From Patescibacteria group bacterium (GTDB lineage: Bacteria > Patescibacteriota > Microgenomatia > UBA8517): 64,000 nt of DNA. A program made the translations under genes and the position numbers. This document shows positions 35,613 through 45,865 of the stretch, in pieces. Position 1 is the first letter of the stretch. Each line of letters begins with the position of its first letter. The notes beneath the pieces are model-generated. The model saw nothing but the letters and a program-made list of their open reading frames with translations, was not told the origin of the DNA and did no database searches. Location: positions 12,937 through 76,936 of the forward strand of contig JALHYA010000001.1 of NCBI GenBank assembly GCA_022868165.1, written 5' to 3'.

Positions 35613-36770
35613 CTAGAGCCTGTTAAGAAGAACGTCGATGGCGGATATTACTTCCTGTTTCTTTCTCTCCGGCCAGGAAGATTTGCTGATTCGGCCCCTT
35701 ATATTCCTAAGAACGCCTCGTATGTCCTGTCCCAAAGCCAGTTCCTTTGTTCTGTCGCTTTCTCTTGTATGGCGTTCAGGAAAAACAGGAATATGTTTTA
35801 TCGTGAAAGAATCTTTATTAGGCACAGCGATTCTCTGTAACTCGTTTTTTACTGTTTGTTCGTTGTGGTGCTCTAATTTTCGTAACGAGTCGACAAGCCA
35901 GGCTATCTGCGGCGTAGTAAGCCCACATCGATTGGAGTACTCGGCTATTGCTCTTTGTGCCTGAAAATTGTTCGGGAATCCGTCAACTATCTTATTAAAC
36001 TGCGGGGGTGTCAACGCCAAACCTCCTTTTATAAAACTGCCTGTCCTTACCCTTAAAACAAGATACGGGTCGGCCATATCCAAGGTCCTGAGCTGAAAAT
36101 ATATGTTTCCGGGCTCCATAAGCCAAGCTGATGCTTTACGACGAACCCACTCTTTTATTAAATCTGCATCGTTTCTTTCAAGACCGAGCTTGAAACCAGA
36201 GCTGTCATTTGTAGCAATTCCGAAAGCTTGGGTTACCGATATTAAATCTTTCCAGAGAGTTTCCCTCCAAGCTCCTTTCATCCAATAGGCAAGTCTTGCA
36301 AACCTCACGCTTTTTACCGAATTCACGGCAAGAATTCTTTGGTCGTATTTCTCTTCTTCGCTACATCCATATAAGACCGTGGAGCGAAGGGGTGTTTGCT
36401 TCCATAAGGCAACGGCTCTTGACAACTTTTCCCGGGAAATCGGATCCAGAAAGGAGCTTATTTCTGCCGTTACCATTTTAAGTCCGGCAACTCTGTGAAA
36501 TCCGTCGAGTGTCTCATAGCTCACCCCAAACTCTCCACTGCCTTCGATTGCCCTGTGAAGAGTATCTTGAGTCTGCCCCCACTCCCCGGTCATAGCCCGA
36601 CCTAAATCAAGAGCGTGCGCTTCGTCTATTGGAGTATCTTCGACAATAACGTCGGAAACCGGAATCCATTCCGTCCTGCTTACTTTTTCGCCCGTTCTTA
36701 TGCACTCACGAAGCAAATCCCTGGGGGAAAGTTCATACAAACTGGGATTGGTTTCTATTATCTCAGGCAT
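35613..36770 (-). CDS. ParB/sulfiredoxin-like N-terminal domain protein
   Basis: IPVSDV...GQ...YETLDGFHRV motif; helical C-terminal region. Confidence 0.65.
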   Translation of the reverse strand: MPEIIETNPSLYELSPRDLLRECIRTGEKVSRTEWIPVSDVIVEDTPIDEAHALDLGRAMTGEWGQTQDTLHRAIEGSGEFGVSYETLDGFHRVAGLKMVTAEISSFLDPISREKLSRAVALWKQTPLRSTVLYGCSEEEKYDQRILAVNSVKSVRFARLAYWMKGAWRETLWKDLISVTQAFGIATNDSSGFKLGLERNDADLIKEWVRRKASAWLMEPGNIYFQLRTLDMADPYLVLRVRTGSFIKGGLALTPPQFNKIVDGFPNNFQAQRAIAEYSNRCGLTTPQIAWLVDSLRKLEHHNEQTVKNELQRIAVPNKDSFTIKHIPVFPERHTRESDRTKELALGQDIRGVLRNIRGRISKSSWPERKKQEVISAIDVLLNRL

Positions 36771-36822
36771 AAGTAAAATTTTTTGGATTATATACTAGCC
36801 TTACTTAAAAATAAAATGGCGC

Positions 36823-36851
36823 TTGACATCTTCGGGTTTTATTCGTATTGT
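36823..36851 (+). promoter_or_regulatory. lexA promoter (TTGACA-17-TATTGT) with candidate LexA box TTCGG-GTTTTA-TTCGT in the spacer
   Basis: Read directly at 36831-36846. Confidence 0.8.
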
Positions 36852-36856
36852 TAATT

Positions 36857-37480
36857 ATGGCGCCAATAATATACAAAAGGCAATCTCAAATACTTGATTT
36901 CATTAAGCAACACATCCAAACTACGGGCGGCGCTCCCACTTTAAGAGAAATTGCCGAAGCAATCGGCGTTTCATCTCTGGCTACCGTTCACGAACACCTT
37001 GAAGCGCTTGAGGCAAAAGGTTTAATAAAACGAAAAGCCGGCAAGGTCAGAACCATTGAACTCACTCAAGTGACCGAAGAGTTCTCGTCCGACGGAATGA
37101 ATGTTCCTATTCTCGGTTTTATTGCGGCCGGTGCTCCTATCGAGCCTTATACCGACCCAAATGCTTCTATGGAGATTCCTTCACCTTTTGTTTCGGGCAA
37201 AAAAAGGGTATATGTTCTTCAGGTGCGGGGCGAATCGATGATTGAGGAACAAATAAGAGACGGAGATTATGTTGTAATTGAGCAAACCGATAATGCGACC
37301 AACGGGGAAATCGTCGTTGCTTTACTCGATAACGGCATGGCTACCCTCAAAAGGTTCTTCAAGGAAGCCACCAGGATTCGCCTTGAGCCCGCCAACGCCA
37401 AAATGAGCCCCATATTCGTTAAAAACGTAAGAATACAGGGGAAAGTTGTTGGGCTTATCAGGAAATACGGGAGAAATTAA
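36857..37480 (+). CDS. lexA: SOS repressor LexA
   Basis: RQ..IL.FI...PTLREIA wHTH; IAAG cleavage site; GESM (Ser) and TLKR (Lys). Confidence 0.97.
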   Translation: MAPIIYKRQSQILDFIKQHIQTTGGAPTLREIAEAIGVSSLATVHEHLEALEAKGLIKRKAGKVRTIELTQVTEEFSSDGMNVPILGFIAAGAPIEPYTDPNASMEIPSPFVSGKKRVYVLQVRGESMIEEQIRDGDYVVIEQTDNATNGEIVVALLDNGMATLKRFFKEATRIRLEPANAKMSPIFVKNVRIQGKVVGLIRKYGRN

Positions 37481-38094
37481 TCTTCTTTTCTTCTTTGGAG
37501 GTGCTGTCGGACATACCAGACAACAGCCAGAACAAATAGTCCCACAATTATAAATTGAAACTTTCTGAAAAATGGTTCAATAGCTACCCAGTTCTGACCT
37601 AGTTTTAGCCCGACATACGCTAAAACTCCCGACCACAACAAAGAACCGATAAATGTATATGCGCCAAATGAAACTACTTCCATTCTGGCAATTCCTGCCG
37701 GAAGAGAAATAAAAGTCCTGACTACGGGTAAAAGTCTGGAAGCAAAAGTAATTCCATGTCCGTATTTAAGATACCAAGCCTTTGCCCTGTCGTATTCCGA
37801 CTCCCTCATAAGAAGCCATTTTCCCCATTTTTTAATCGCAAATCGCACCCACTCTTCGCCTTTGTAATATCCGAGTGCATAGGCAAGAAGGGAACCGACA
37901 AGGTTGCCGAAAGCCCCAACAATAATTGCGAGCCAAAAGTTCATAATTCCCAATCCCGCCAAAAAGCCCGCGAAAGGCATGGTTACTTCCGAAGGAATAG
38001 GAATAAGTGCCGATTCCAATGTCATTAATCCGAAAACGGCAAAAAGTCCGTAATGGGTTATAAATGCAGTCAGCCAATTAACGATTATTTCCAC
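37477..38094 (-). CDS. DedA family membrane protein
   Basis: LESALIPIPSE.TMPFAG; RLLPVVRTFISLPAG. Confidence 0.93.
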   Translation of the reverse strand: MEIIVNWLTAFITHYGLFAVFGLMTLESALIPIPSEVTMPFAGFLAGLGIMNFWLAIIVGAFGNLVGSLLAYALGYYKGEEWVRFAIKKWGKWLLMRESEYDRAKAWYLKYGHGITFASRLLPVVRTFISLPAGIARMEVVSFGAYTFIGSLLWSGVLAYVGLKLGQNWVAIEPFFRKFQFIIVGLFVLAVVWYVRQHLQRRKED

Positions 38095-39749
38095 AAAGGC
38101 TCCAGTAAATTTCTCCCCGTCATTGAGTCGGGAACTTGTAATCCTAACAGATAAAGAATAGTCGGCGCAATATCGGCCAAAATTCCTTGCGTTAGTGTTT
38201 GCGGATGGCCCAAAAGATTTTTGGAAACTGCAATAAAAGGAACGGGGTTTGCGTTATGTTCCGTATCGATTGCGCCGCTTTTTGGATTAATCATTTCTTC
38301 AGCATTTCCATGGTCGGCCGTGATTAACAAAACCCCATCGTAAGCCAAAACAAAACTTGAAATCTTCCCTAAGCATTCATCAACAACTTCGCAGGCCTTG
38401 GCCGTAGGCCCTATAGAACCGGTATGACCGACCATGTCCGGATTGGCAAAATTCACTAGAACCATTTTATAATCGGGGAATTCCCTCATTTTTTCCAGCA
38501 AAGTATCGGTTATTTCCAAGGCCGCCATTTCGGGTTTTAAGTCGTATGTGGCAACCTTTGGAGAAGGAATTGTGATTCTGTCTTCTTGTGCAAATGGCAA
38601 CTCTTGCTGACCGTTAAAATAGAAAGTTACAAATCTCTCTTTTTCCGACTCGGACATTCTAAGCTGCTTTAGACCTGCATCCGAGACAACCTTGCCTATA
38701 GGCAACCGCACAATTTCGGGAGGAAAAGCAACTTTCGCTCCTTCATCCATAAGCCCTTTTCCATATTCTGTCATCATGCAGAAATAGAGGTTACTTAGTG
38801 CGGGGCCTCGTTGAAAAACCGGTTGGGTTGCAACCGGTTGAGCCAAATGTGATTTTTGATATTTAACGGCATAGGGGTCGTAGCCCCAACCAAGCGCGGC
38901 TTTTGAAAAATCCTTATACACAAAGGCCCTGCAAAGTTGGCGCGGCCTATCGATTCTAAAATTAAAGAAAATTATGGAATCGTTACTTTTAATAAGGGAA
39001 AGCGGCGCGCCGTCCTGCCCTACAACAATTGAGGGTTCGATAAATTCATCGGTCCTTCCAATCGAATACGATTTTTGGATTGCTTCTTCCGGCGTCTTAA
39101 CCAAATTTCCCTTTCCAAGCGTAAATGCTTCATAAGCCTTTTGAGTTCTATCCCACCTTAAATCCCTGTCCATGGGCCAATAGCGCCCCATAAGACTCGA
39201 TATCTGCCCGACTCCTTCTTTCTGTGCAACATTTCTTACCTGCGTTATGTAAGTTAGTGCGCTGGTTGGAGGAGAATCTCTTCCGTCTGTAAATAAATCC
39301 AGAAATACATTTTTTAGTCCCGCCTTGGAGGCCATTCTGATAAGAGCAAAAAGGTGCTCGAGGTTAGAGTGAACACCTCCGGCCCCAACCAATCCCATCA
39401 AGTGAAGGTTCGAACCGTTCTGTTTTGCGTGTTCCAGTGCCGCCAAAAGTGCAGGATTTTCAAAAAAGGAACCGTCGGCGATAGACACATTAATTCTGGC
39501 CAAATCCTGATATACAATCCTTCCGGCTCCCAAATTTAAGTGCCCCGTTTCCGTATTTCCGGGCTCTCCGTGAGGAAGACCAACCGATTCTCCAAAGGCA
39601 AGAAGTTGTGTATGGGGGTAAGAAGCCCAAAAACGGTTCATATTGACCGTTTGGCCCAAAGAAACTGCATTGCCGGGACCGGGTGGAGCCAAACCCCATC
39701 CGTCCAAAATAACCAGCATTACAAATTTGGGGGGCGGAAGCGGGTTCAT
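38085..39749 (-). CDS. gpmI: 2,3-BPG-independent phosphoglycerate mutase
   Basis: ILDGWG, GNTETGH, DGRD, NPDMVGH, TADHGNAE. Confidence 0.96.
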   Translation of the reverse strand: MNPLPPPKFVMLVILDGWGLAPPGPGNAVSLGQTVNMNRFWASYPHTQLLAFGESVGLPHGEPGNTETGHLNLGAGRIVYQDLARINVSIADGSFFENPALLAALEHAKQNGSNLHLMGLVGAGGVHSNLEHLFALIRMASKAGLKNVFLDLFTDGRDSPPTSALTYITQVRNVAQKEGVGQISSLMGRYWPMDRDLRWDRTQKAYEAFTLGKGNLVKTPEEAIQKSYSIGRTDEFIEPSIVVGQDGAPLSLIKSNDSIIFFNFRIDRPRQLCRAFVYKDFSKAALGWGYDPYAVKYQKSHLAQPVATQPVFQRGPALSNLYFCMMTEYGKGLMDEGAKVAFPPEIVRLPIGKVVSDAGLKQLRMSESEKERFVTFYFNGQQELPFAQEDRITIPSPKVATYDLKPEMAALEITDTLLEKMREFPDYKMVLVNFANPDMVGHTGSIGPTAKACEVVDECLGKISSFVLAYDGVLLITADHGNAEEMINPKSGAIDTEHNANPVPFIAVSKNLLGHPQTLTQGILADIAPTILYLLGLQVPDSMTGRNLLEPLWK

Positions 39750-41017
39750 TTCTTTATTCTGGAAAGCTCACCTTCGATGGATGAAAGGCGGTTATACTTT
39801 GCCACCCTTTCACCTCTGGCCGGAGCGCCGAATTTAACATAATCGGAACCGGTTCCTACGCCGAAATCGGCAATAAAGGTGTCGTTGGTTTCCCCCGAGC
39901 GGTGCGAAGTTATAACTTTCCAGCCCGCATCTCTCGACATTTTAATTACTTTTAAGGTTTCTGTAACTGTTCCTATTTGATTCGGCTTTACCAAAATGGC
40001 ATTGCAGGCGTTTTCCGCTATAGCTTTCTGAACCCTCTTCGGATTTGTTGCCAAAAGGTCGTCGCCCACGACCGTCACCTGGTCCTGAAAAGTTTCTCTC
40101 AGTTTTTTCCAAGATTCCCAGGCATCCTCCTGAAAAGGGTCCTCAATAAGCGCAAGGTGATATTGATTGTTGAGGGATTTGTAAAATTCTAGGAGGCCGT
40201 TATCGTCCAATGGCGAAGATTTATCCCGAATAATGTATTCTCCGTCCTTATAAAATGAGTCCGCGGCGACATCGAGACCCAGAAAAACATCTCTGCCTAT
40301 CGAATATTTGGTGTCTCTAATGCTTTCGACAAAAACTTCCAAGGCATCCGCATTGGTAAATAAGTTGGGAGCATACCCGCCTTCGTTTCCTACGGAATGA
40401 ATTGCTCCTCTGCGGGCGAGATTCTCACCGATTGTTTGATAGATTTCAACGCCCATTTGAAGTCCCTGGCTATAAGGCTTGGTACTGGCCGGAATTACGT
40501 GGAATTCCTGAAAATCCAAATTTCCGGCTCCGTGAAGTCCGCCGTTAATCATATTAAAAAGCGGGGTGGGAACACGAACAACGGGTTTTAATCCCACCTG
40601 TTGCGCCAAGGCTAAAATCCACATATATAGGGGTAGCCTTTGCTCCATAGAGCCCGCTTTACAGACGGCTTGGGATACGGCAAGAATCGCATTTGCCCCG
40701 TATTTGGACTTATTTTCTGTCCCATCGATTTCTATAAGTTTTGCATCACTAGCCTGCTGATTGCTCGGGTCTATTCCGACAAGAGCAGGTCCCAAAACAC
40801 TGTTTACGTTACCTACGGCTTTGAGAACGCCTTTACCCAAATACCTCGGGCTGTCGGTATCCCTTAATTCCAAAGCTTCGTGCGTACCCGTGGATGTGCC
40901 GGCTGGCGCAGAGGATACGCTCAACATACCGCTGTCCAGTTGGCATGCGGCCTCCACCGTGGGAAGGCCCCTAGAATCTAAAATTTCCCTAGCCCAAATT
41001 CTTGCAATTTTTGCCAT
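39746..41017 (-). CDS. eno: Enolase
   Basis: AREILDSRG.PTVE, LVKPNQIGT, SHRSGET; start re-called at ATG 41017. Confidence 0.97.
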   Translation of the reverse strand: MAKIARIWAREILDSRGLPTVEAACQLDSGMLSVSSAPAGTSTGTHEALELRDTDSPRYLGKGVLKAVGNVNSVLGPALVGIDPSNQQASDAKLIEIDGTENKSKYGANAILAVSQAVCKAGSMEQRLPLYMWILALAQQVGLKPVVRVPTPLFNMINGGLHGAGNLDFQEFHVIPASTKPYSQGLQMGVEIYQTIGENLARRGAIHSVGNEGGYAPNLFTNADALEVFVESIRDTKYSIGRDVFLGLDVAADSFYKDGEYIIRDKSSPLDDNGLLEFYKSLNNQYHLALIEDPFQEDAWESWKKLRETFQDQVTVVGDDLLATNPKRVQKAIAENACNAILVKPNQIGTVTETLKVIKMSRDAGWKVITSHRSGETNDTFIADFGVGTGSDYVKFGAPARGERVAKYNRLSSIEGELSRIKK

Positions 41018-41018
41018 A

Positions 41019-43289
41019 TTATTTTGCCGAAACCAAATCTTTCTCTGCGGATGCAATGACCCCTCGAACTCTATTTATAGCATCCGGATTAACCGATATG
41101 CTAGTAATTCCCCAAGAAACGAGCTTATGTACCAAGTCGTCGTAAATCGAAGGGGCCTGTCCGCAAATTGAGGAAGTAACACCGTATTTGTTGCATCGCT
41201 TTATCACCCGACGCAGTGCCCACAAAACAGCGGGACTTCTTTCGTCGAATGCTTTGGCAACCTCGGAATTGTCACGGTCGGTACCCTGAATAAGCATGGT
41301 TAGGTCATTGGAACCGATAGACACGCCGTCTATTCCGACTTTAATAAAATCCTCCAGTAAAATTACATTTACAGGGAGTTCAACCATCATCAAAAACTTG
41401 AAGGTCGGACTTTCAAAAAGACCTTCTGAGGATACGATTCTTCTTACCTTGGCAAGCTCGTCTGGAGACCGCACAAAGGGTACCATGAGCCAGAGATTTT
41501 TGTACTTTTCTCTGACCTTTTTGATGGCCGACAACTCCAGCGAGAATACATCGGGATTGGCAACATAGCGAAAAGCCCCCCTGAGGCCTAAAAGAGGATT
41601 CGGTTCTTCGGGTTCCCAGTATTTTCCCCCGGGCAGGGCCCTGTACTCGTTGGTTTTAAAATCCGTTGCCCTATAAATTACGGGTCGGGGGTCGAAAGCC
41701 TGGGCAAAAATTTCCAAACCCTTGGATAATTTCTCAATAAATTTCCCTTGCTCTTTCCTTTTTATAGCTTCTTTAGGATGAATCCCTATGTTGGCTATCA
41801 TAAACTCTGCACGCAAAAGTCCCACCCCGTCAACATTCGTCTCAGCGACTTCTCTTACCCTTTCCGGCTCTCCCAAATTTACATAAAGCTTTGTAGCGGT
41901 TTTTGTAGAAACAAGTTTTTCCGTCTTGACAGGCATTTTCGCAGCCGTCACTTTTCCACCCAAGTAAATTTCACCTTTTGCGCCGTCGACCGTAACAATA
42001 GCACCATCTTTCAAAACTTTTGTGGCTTCTTTTGTACCAACGACGCAAGGCACTCCAAGTTCTCGCGAAACGATTGCGGCGTGAGAAGTTTCGCCGCCCT
42101 GATCGGTAATTATTGCGATTGCCTTCTTCATCGCGGGAACGAAGTCGGGAGAGGTCATCGGCGCAACCAAAACGTCTCCCTTTTCAACCTTTCCGACTTC
42201 TTTGGCGCTGGTTAGAATTTTCACCGGTCCGATGCCAATTCCCGGAGACGCGGCGCTACCGGACAATATCGGCGTAGCTGCAATAGCTAAGTTTTCTTCT
42301 CCCTTCGTTTCCTTTACTTTTACTTTTTGGATTGTAGTAACTGGTCGGGTCTGGACAATGAAAATTTTGCCTTTCTCTTTGGCCCATTCGGCATCTTGCG
42401 GAAAGTAGTAATGCTTCTGAAGTCCGTCTGCAATTCTAGCGAGATGGATTATCTCCTTATCGGAAATTTTTTGAGAGCTTTTGATTTTGGCGGGGACGGG
42501 GGCTTCCTTTGTCTCTTTTCCGATTCTGGTTAGTTGTATGCTCTGGTCTGCAATTACCTTTGAGAGTAAATAAAAAGTGTCTTTTTGCACAACATAATGG
42601 TCCGGAACAACAGAGCCTTGAACTATCATTTCTCCCAACCCCCAAACCGCCTCAATAATAATTTTGTCTTTCTCGTTATTTACCGGGTCTATGGAAAACA
42701 TAACACCGGAAACTTCCGATTGAACCATTTTTTGAACAATCACGGATATTTTTACTTTTTCGTGCGGAATTTTATTTTCGACTCTATAGAAAATCGAGCG
42801 GGGCATAAACAAAGAAGCCCAGCATTCCCTTACGGCATTTAGTAAATTGGCGTCTCCTTTTACGTTTAGCAAGGTTACTTGCTGTCCGGCAAAAGACGTA
42901 TCTCCCATATCCTCGGCCGTAGCGGAAGAGCGAACGGCAACGAGAGCACTTTTAAAAAGTCCCGAAAGTTTTTTGTAAGAATAAATTATTTCTCGGGCAA
43001 GTTCTTCGGGAAGATTTCCGGCCACAATTCTTTTTCTGATTGCCTTGGAAACCGAATCAAGTTGTACGGGGTCGTTTACATCAACGACCTTCAATTGGTC
43101 GTTTATTTGCTTCGTAAGCTGATTCTCTTTTAAAAACAAATCGTAGCCCGCGACTGTAATGGCAAAGCCTGGAGGAACGGGGATGCCTATTTTTATCATC
43201 TCTCCCAAATTGGCTCCTTTTCCGCCGACTTTTGGAGAATCGTCTTTATCTATATCCTTGAAGAAAATTGTATATTTCAGGGCAGACAT
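41019..43289 (-). CDS. ppsA: Phosphoenolpyruvate synthase
   Basis: VGGKGANLGE, AVRSSATAED, TSHAAIVSRE, SIGSNDLT. Confidence 0.96.
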   Translation of the reverse strand: MSALKYTIFFKDIDKDDSPKVGGKGANLGEMIKIGIPVPPGFAITVAGYDLFLKENQLTKQINDQLKVVDVNDPVQLDSVSKAIRKRIVAGNLPEELAREIIYSYKKLSGLFKSALVAVRSSATAEDMGDTSFAGQQVTLLNVKGDANLLNAVRECWASLFMPRSIFYRVENKIPHEKVKISVIVQKMVQSEVSGVMFSIDPVNNEKDKIIIEAVWGLGEMIVQGSVVPDHYVVQKDTFYLLSKVIADQSIQLTRIGKETKEAPVPAKIKSSQKISDKEIIHLARIADGLQKHYYFPQDAEWAKEKGKIFIVQTRPVTTIQKVKVKETKGEENLAIAATPILSGSAASPGIGIGPVKILTSAKEVGKVEKGDVLVAPMTSPDFVPAMKKAIAIITDQGGETSHAAIVSRELGVPCVVGTKEATKVLKDGAIVTVDGAKGEIYLGGKVTAAKMPVKTEKLVSTKTATKLYVNLGEPERVREVAETNVDGVGLLRAEFMIANIGIHPKEAIKRKEQGKFIEKLSKGLEIFAQAFDPRPVIYRATDFKTNEYRALPGGKYWEPEEPNPLLGLRGAFRYVANPDVFSLELSAIKKVREKYKNLWLMVPFVRSPDELAKVRRIVSSEGLFESPTFKFLMMVELPVNVILLEDFIKVGIDGVSIGSNDLTMLIQGTDRDNSEVAKAFDERSPAVLWALRRVIKRCNKYGVTSSICGQAPSIYDDLVHKLVSWGITSISVNPDAINRVRGVIASAEKDLVSAK

Positions 43290-43316
43290 TTCTATTTCAT
43301 TTTAGAACAAACGAAG

Positions 43317-44384
43317 TTACTCCGCCAGCTTATTCTTGAAGTAATCGACCCAAGGTATCGGTGCGGGATTGATGCCGTATAAAATTGCCAAATAAAAGCT
43401 CACATAAGAAGAAAGAACGAGCATCTCGTAGACCTGCATAACCCTGCTTGTTCCCATAAGTTCAAAAATCTCTGCCGATATATCGTTTTTCTCAACAACT
43501 TCTTTTGTTAAAGCATATCTTTTCCCGATATTTTCCGGATAGAGCTTGCTCGTAAAGAAAATAAAGTGTAGCAACGGTTTCAAACTCCTTGGATTGGATA
43601 ATCCCTCCATCAGATGATGATTCAGCTCGGGAATGTCAAAATTAGTTGCAAATGTTTTGGAATTTTCGTTGAGCTGGTTTTTGAAAACGTGGGTGCTGCC
43701 TACGAGGTGTTCGCTAGCAACAAGAACGGGAGATTTCCCCAAAAGTCTTTCGGACAACTTTTTTGCCAGGTTTTCGCTGCTTCGAGATAAAACATCATAT
43801 TCTTTTACTAAACTACGCATCATATCTACTGATTTTTCGATTTCGTCTGCGTCTACAGTTATAAATCCGCACCTATGCATCAAATTCAAAATCGCCGTAA
43901 GAGAATACCCAAGCCCCATTCGGGGCTGTGCAGAAGGATTGTGGACGGGATTATAAATATATGCGGGAAGTTTTTCTTTTGAAGCAAAATCGGCCAGTTT
44001 TCCTCCGCTTGCAAGAATAAAACTGCATGCGTTTCTTTTCCTTGCTTCATTGGCGTTCTCAAGCGTTTCCTTGGTATTTCCCGAATAAGAAGAAAGAATC
44101 ACAAGAGTTTCCGGACCGACATAATCGGGAACGCTGTATCCGGTAAAAACTTCAATCGAGCCCCGTAGCGAATCGGTAAAAAGGCAGTCAACTATTCTTC
44201 CGCCAAGAGCCGAGCCTCCCATCCCGCAAATAACTACATTGCGGGTCCTTTTGTAATCTTCAGGAAGTTTTACTTTACTTATTTCTTCCCAACACTGCTT
44301 TACCTGCTCCGGCAAATCCCGTATTGAGCCCAAAATGTTCCCCTTATCCAGCTCTCTTACTTTATCTATCTCGTCTAAAATCAT
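43317..44384 (-). CDS. Bifunctional phosphoglucose/phosphomannose isomerase (SIS domains)
   Basis: GMGGSALG, SYSGNT.E, QPR, NENSK, PELNHH. Confidence 0.9.
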   Translation of the reverse strand: MILDEIDKVRELDKGNILGSIRDLPEQVKQCWEEISKVKLPEDYKRTRNVVICGMGGSALGGRIVDCLFTDSLRGSIEVFTGYSVPDYVGPETLVILSSYSGNTKETLENANEARKRNACSFILASGGKLADFASKEKLPAYIYNPVHNPSAQPRMGLGYSLTAILNLMHRCGFITVDADEIEKSVDMMRSLVKEYDVLSRSSENLAKKLSERLLGKSPVLVASEHLVGSTHVFKNQLNENSKTFATNFDIPELNHHLMEGLSNPRSLKPLLHFIFFTSKLYPENIGKRYALTKEVVEKNDISAEIFELMGTSRVMQVYEMLVLSSYVSFYLAILYGINPAPIPWVDYFKNKLAE

Positions 44385-45169
44385 TCTTTAACAAGTTTCA
44401 GGAGCGTATCAACTAATTCAAGTCCCCCCAAATGTTCGGAGCCTTCGGTTTGGAAATCCCCCCCAACCGATTTCGGGTCTGTAGTTACACCAATGCCAGC
44501 AGCATCAATCATATCTTTATCATTCGGGCCATTACCAATAGCAATAGTTTGGCTAAGATTAATTCCCAGTTGGTCCGCCAAGTGTTTTAACCCAGCGCCC
44601 TTATTCAATCTTTTCGGTGCAATGTCAAACGCTTCGCCGTTCCACCAGGTGTAAAATTCTCCCTCTGGATCGTGTTTTTTGACAATCTCGTAGACCTCGG
44701 GCATCTCGGCCCAAGCATGAAGTGTAATTAAAAATTGTTTCGGCTCAAAGGCCCTAAAATTCTTGCTTTTGCCCTCCAGACCCTTAAGGTCAACCACAAT
44801 TGCTGCCATTTTCGCAAGAGTTTTGTCGTCAAAATATTCATGCTGTAGGAGCTTGCCTGAAAGTAATGTAAAAATCCCATTTTCGCTGATTAGGGCGCAA
44901 TTTTCCCACAAGAGTTCAGCATAAACTTTAGTTAAATAAAGCGAGCTTCTACCGCTAGATACTGCTATGAAAAAATATTTCTTGAGTTCAATCAGCTTAT
45001 CTCTCATCTCATCCGAAAGGTTCGAAGTTTTGACCGTCAGAGTAGTATTTTCAGGAGTTTTAACCTCGCTAATGTCCGTTCCTTTTTTTATGGTAACGCC
45101 GTCAACATCGAAACAAACAAGTTTAATCTCCCTGATATCGCCTTTTGTAAGTTCAGACAGTTTTCTCAC
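44381..45169 (-). CDS. HAD-superfamily IIB hydrolase
   Basis: FDVDGVT, SSGR, ENG, NKG, IGNGPNDKDM. Confidence 0.88.
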   Translation of the reverse strand: MRKLSELTKGDIREIKLVCFDVDGVTIKKGTDISEVKTPENTTLTVKTSNLSDEMRDKLIELKKYFFIAVSSGRSSLYLTKVYAELLWENCALISENGIFTLLSGKLLQHEYFDDKTLAKMAAIVVDLKGLEGKSKNFRAFEPKQFLITLHAWAEMPEVYEIVKKHDPEGEFYTWWNGEAFDIAPKRLNKGAGLKHLADQLGINLSQTIAIGNGPNDKDMIDAAGIGVTTDPKSVGGDFQTEGSEHLGGLELVDTLLKLVKE

Positions 45170-45173
45170 ATAA

Positions 45174-45851
45174 TCATTCTAGTTTGGTAAGTATAATAAG
45201 GTCAAGAAGCGTGGTGATATTCGCATCGCCGGTTTTTGCCCGAACATCGGCTTCAGACATTTGTGCAATTAGCTTTTCCAATTTGTCACCCGTGAATTTT
45301 GCCGCTTGGGACTTCAAAATATTTTTTCTCCAGGATGGATAATCCAAACTATTCGGAGCACGTTTAATCCAGTAAAGCTCTTTTAGTCTTTTTGCAATAA
45401 GATTAAATAAAAGTTCGGGCGGCTCTGTACTCAGAAGTTTATGAAAAAAAGTTATTGTGGATTTTGAATTTCCTGGATAAATTCCGTCCAAAAATTTAAA
45501 TATTATTTTGGGAAGCTTGAACTCTTCGAACTTTGTATCTTTGGACAGGAAATTTTTCGTCGGTATGGGAATAAAATCTTCAAAATAAATTGCAAGGTTG
45601 CCTTCGAATTTTTTGGCATTTATTTTCAGCCATTCAAGGTCCTTTTTGGGAATCGTCTTGCCGCTTTCTACAACAAACAATCTTTTCTCGGTGAAAAGAC
45701 TCACAGACGATAAAAGTTCGGAGAGTAAAAGCTTTTGGGTGGCATCAAACTTTAATATTTCCCAACTTCTTACCTTTGCCACCTCAATGATTTTTTTAAG
45801 TCTGGCCCAGCTTTTTTCACTGTCGTCTCCATGTATAACAACAATTTTCAT
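45174..45851 (-). CDS. holA: Probable DNA polymerase III delta subunit, short form
   Basis: IHGDD...SLFTEKRLFVVE...IFKFLD...D...KTG pattern. Confidence 0.7.
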   Translation of the reverse strand: MKIVVIHGDDSEKSWARLKKIIEVAKVRSWEILKFDATQKLLLSELLSSVSLFTEKRLFVVESGKTIPKKDLEWLKINAKKFEGNLAIYFEDFIPIPTKNFLSKDTKFEEFKLPKIIFKFLDGIYPGNSKSTITFFHKLLSTEPPELLFNLIAKRLKELYWIKRAPNSLDYPSWRKNILKSQAAKFTGDKLEKLIAQMSEADVRAKTGDANITTLLDLIILTKLE

Positions 45852-45865
45852 TTCATTAGTACCTT

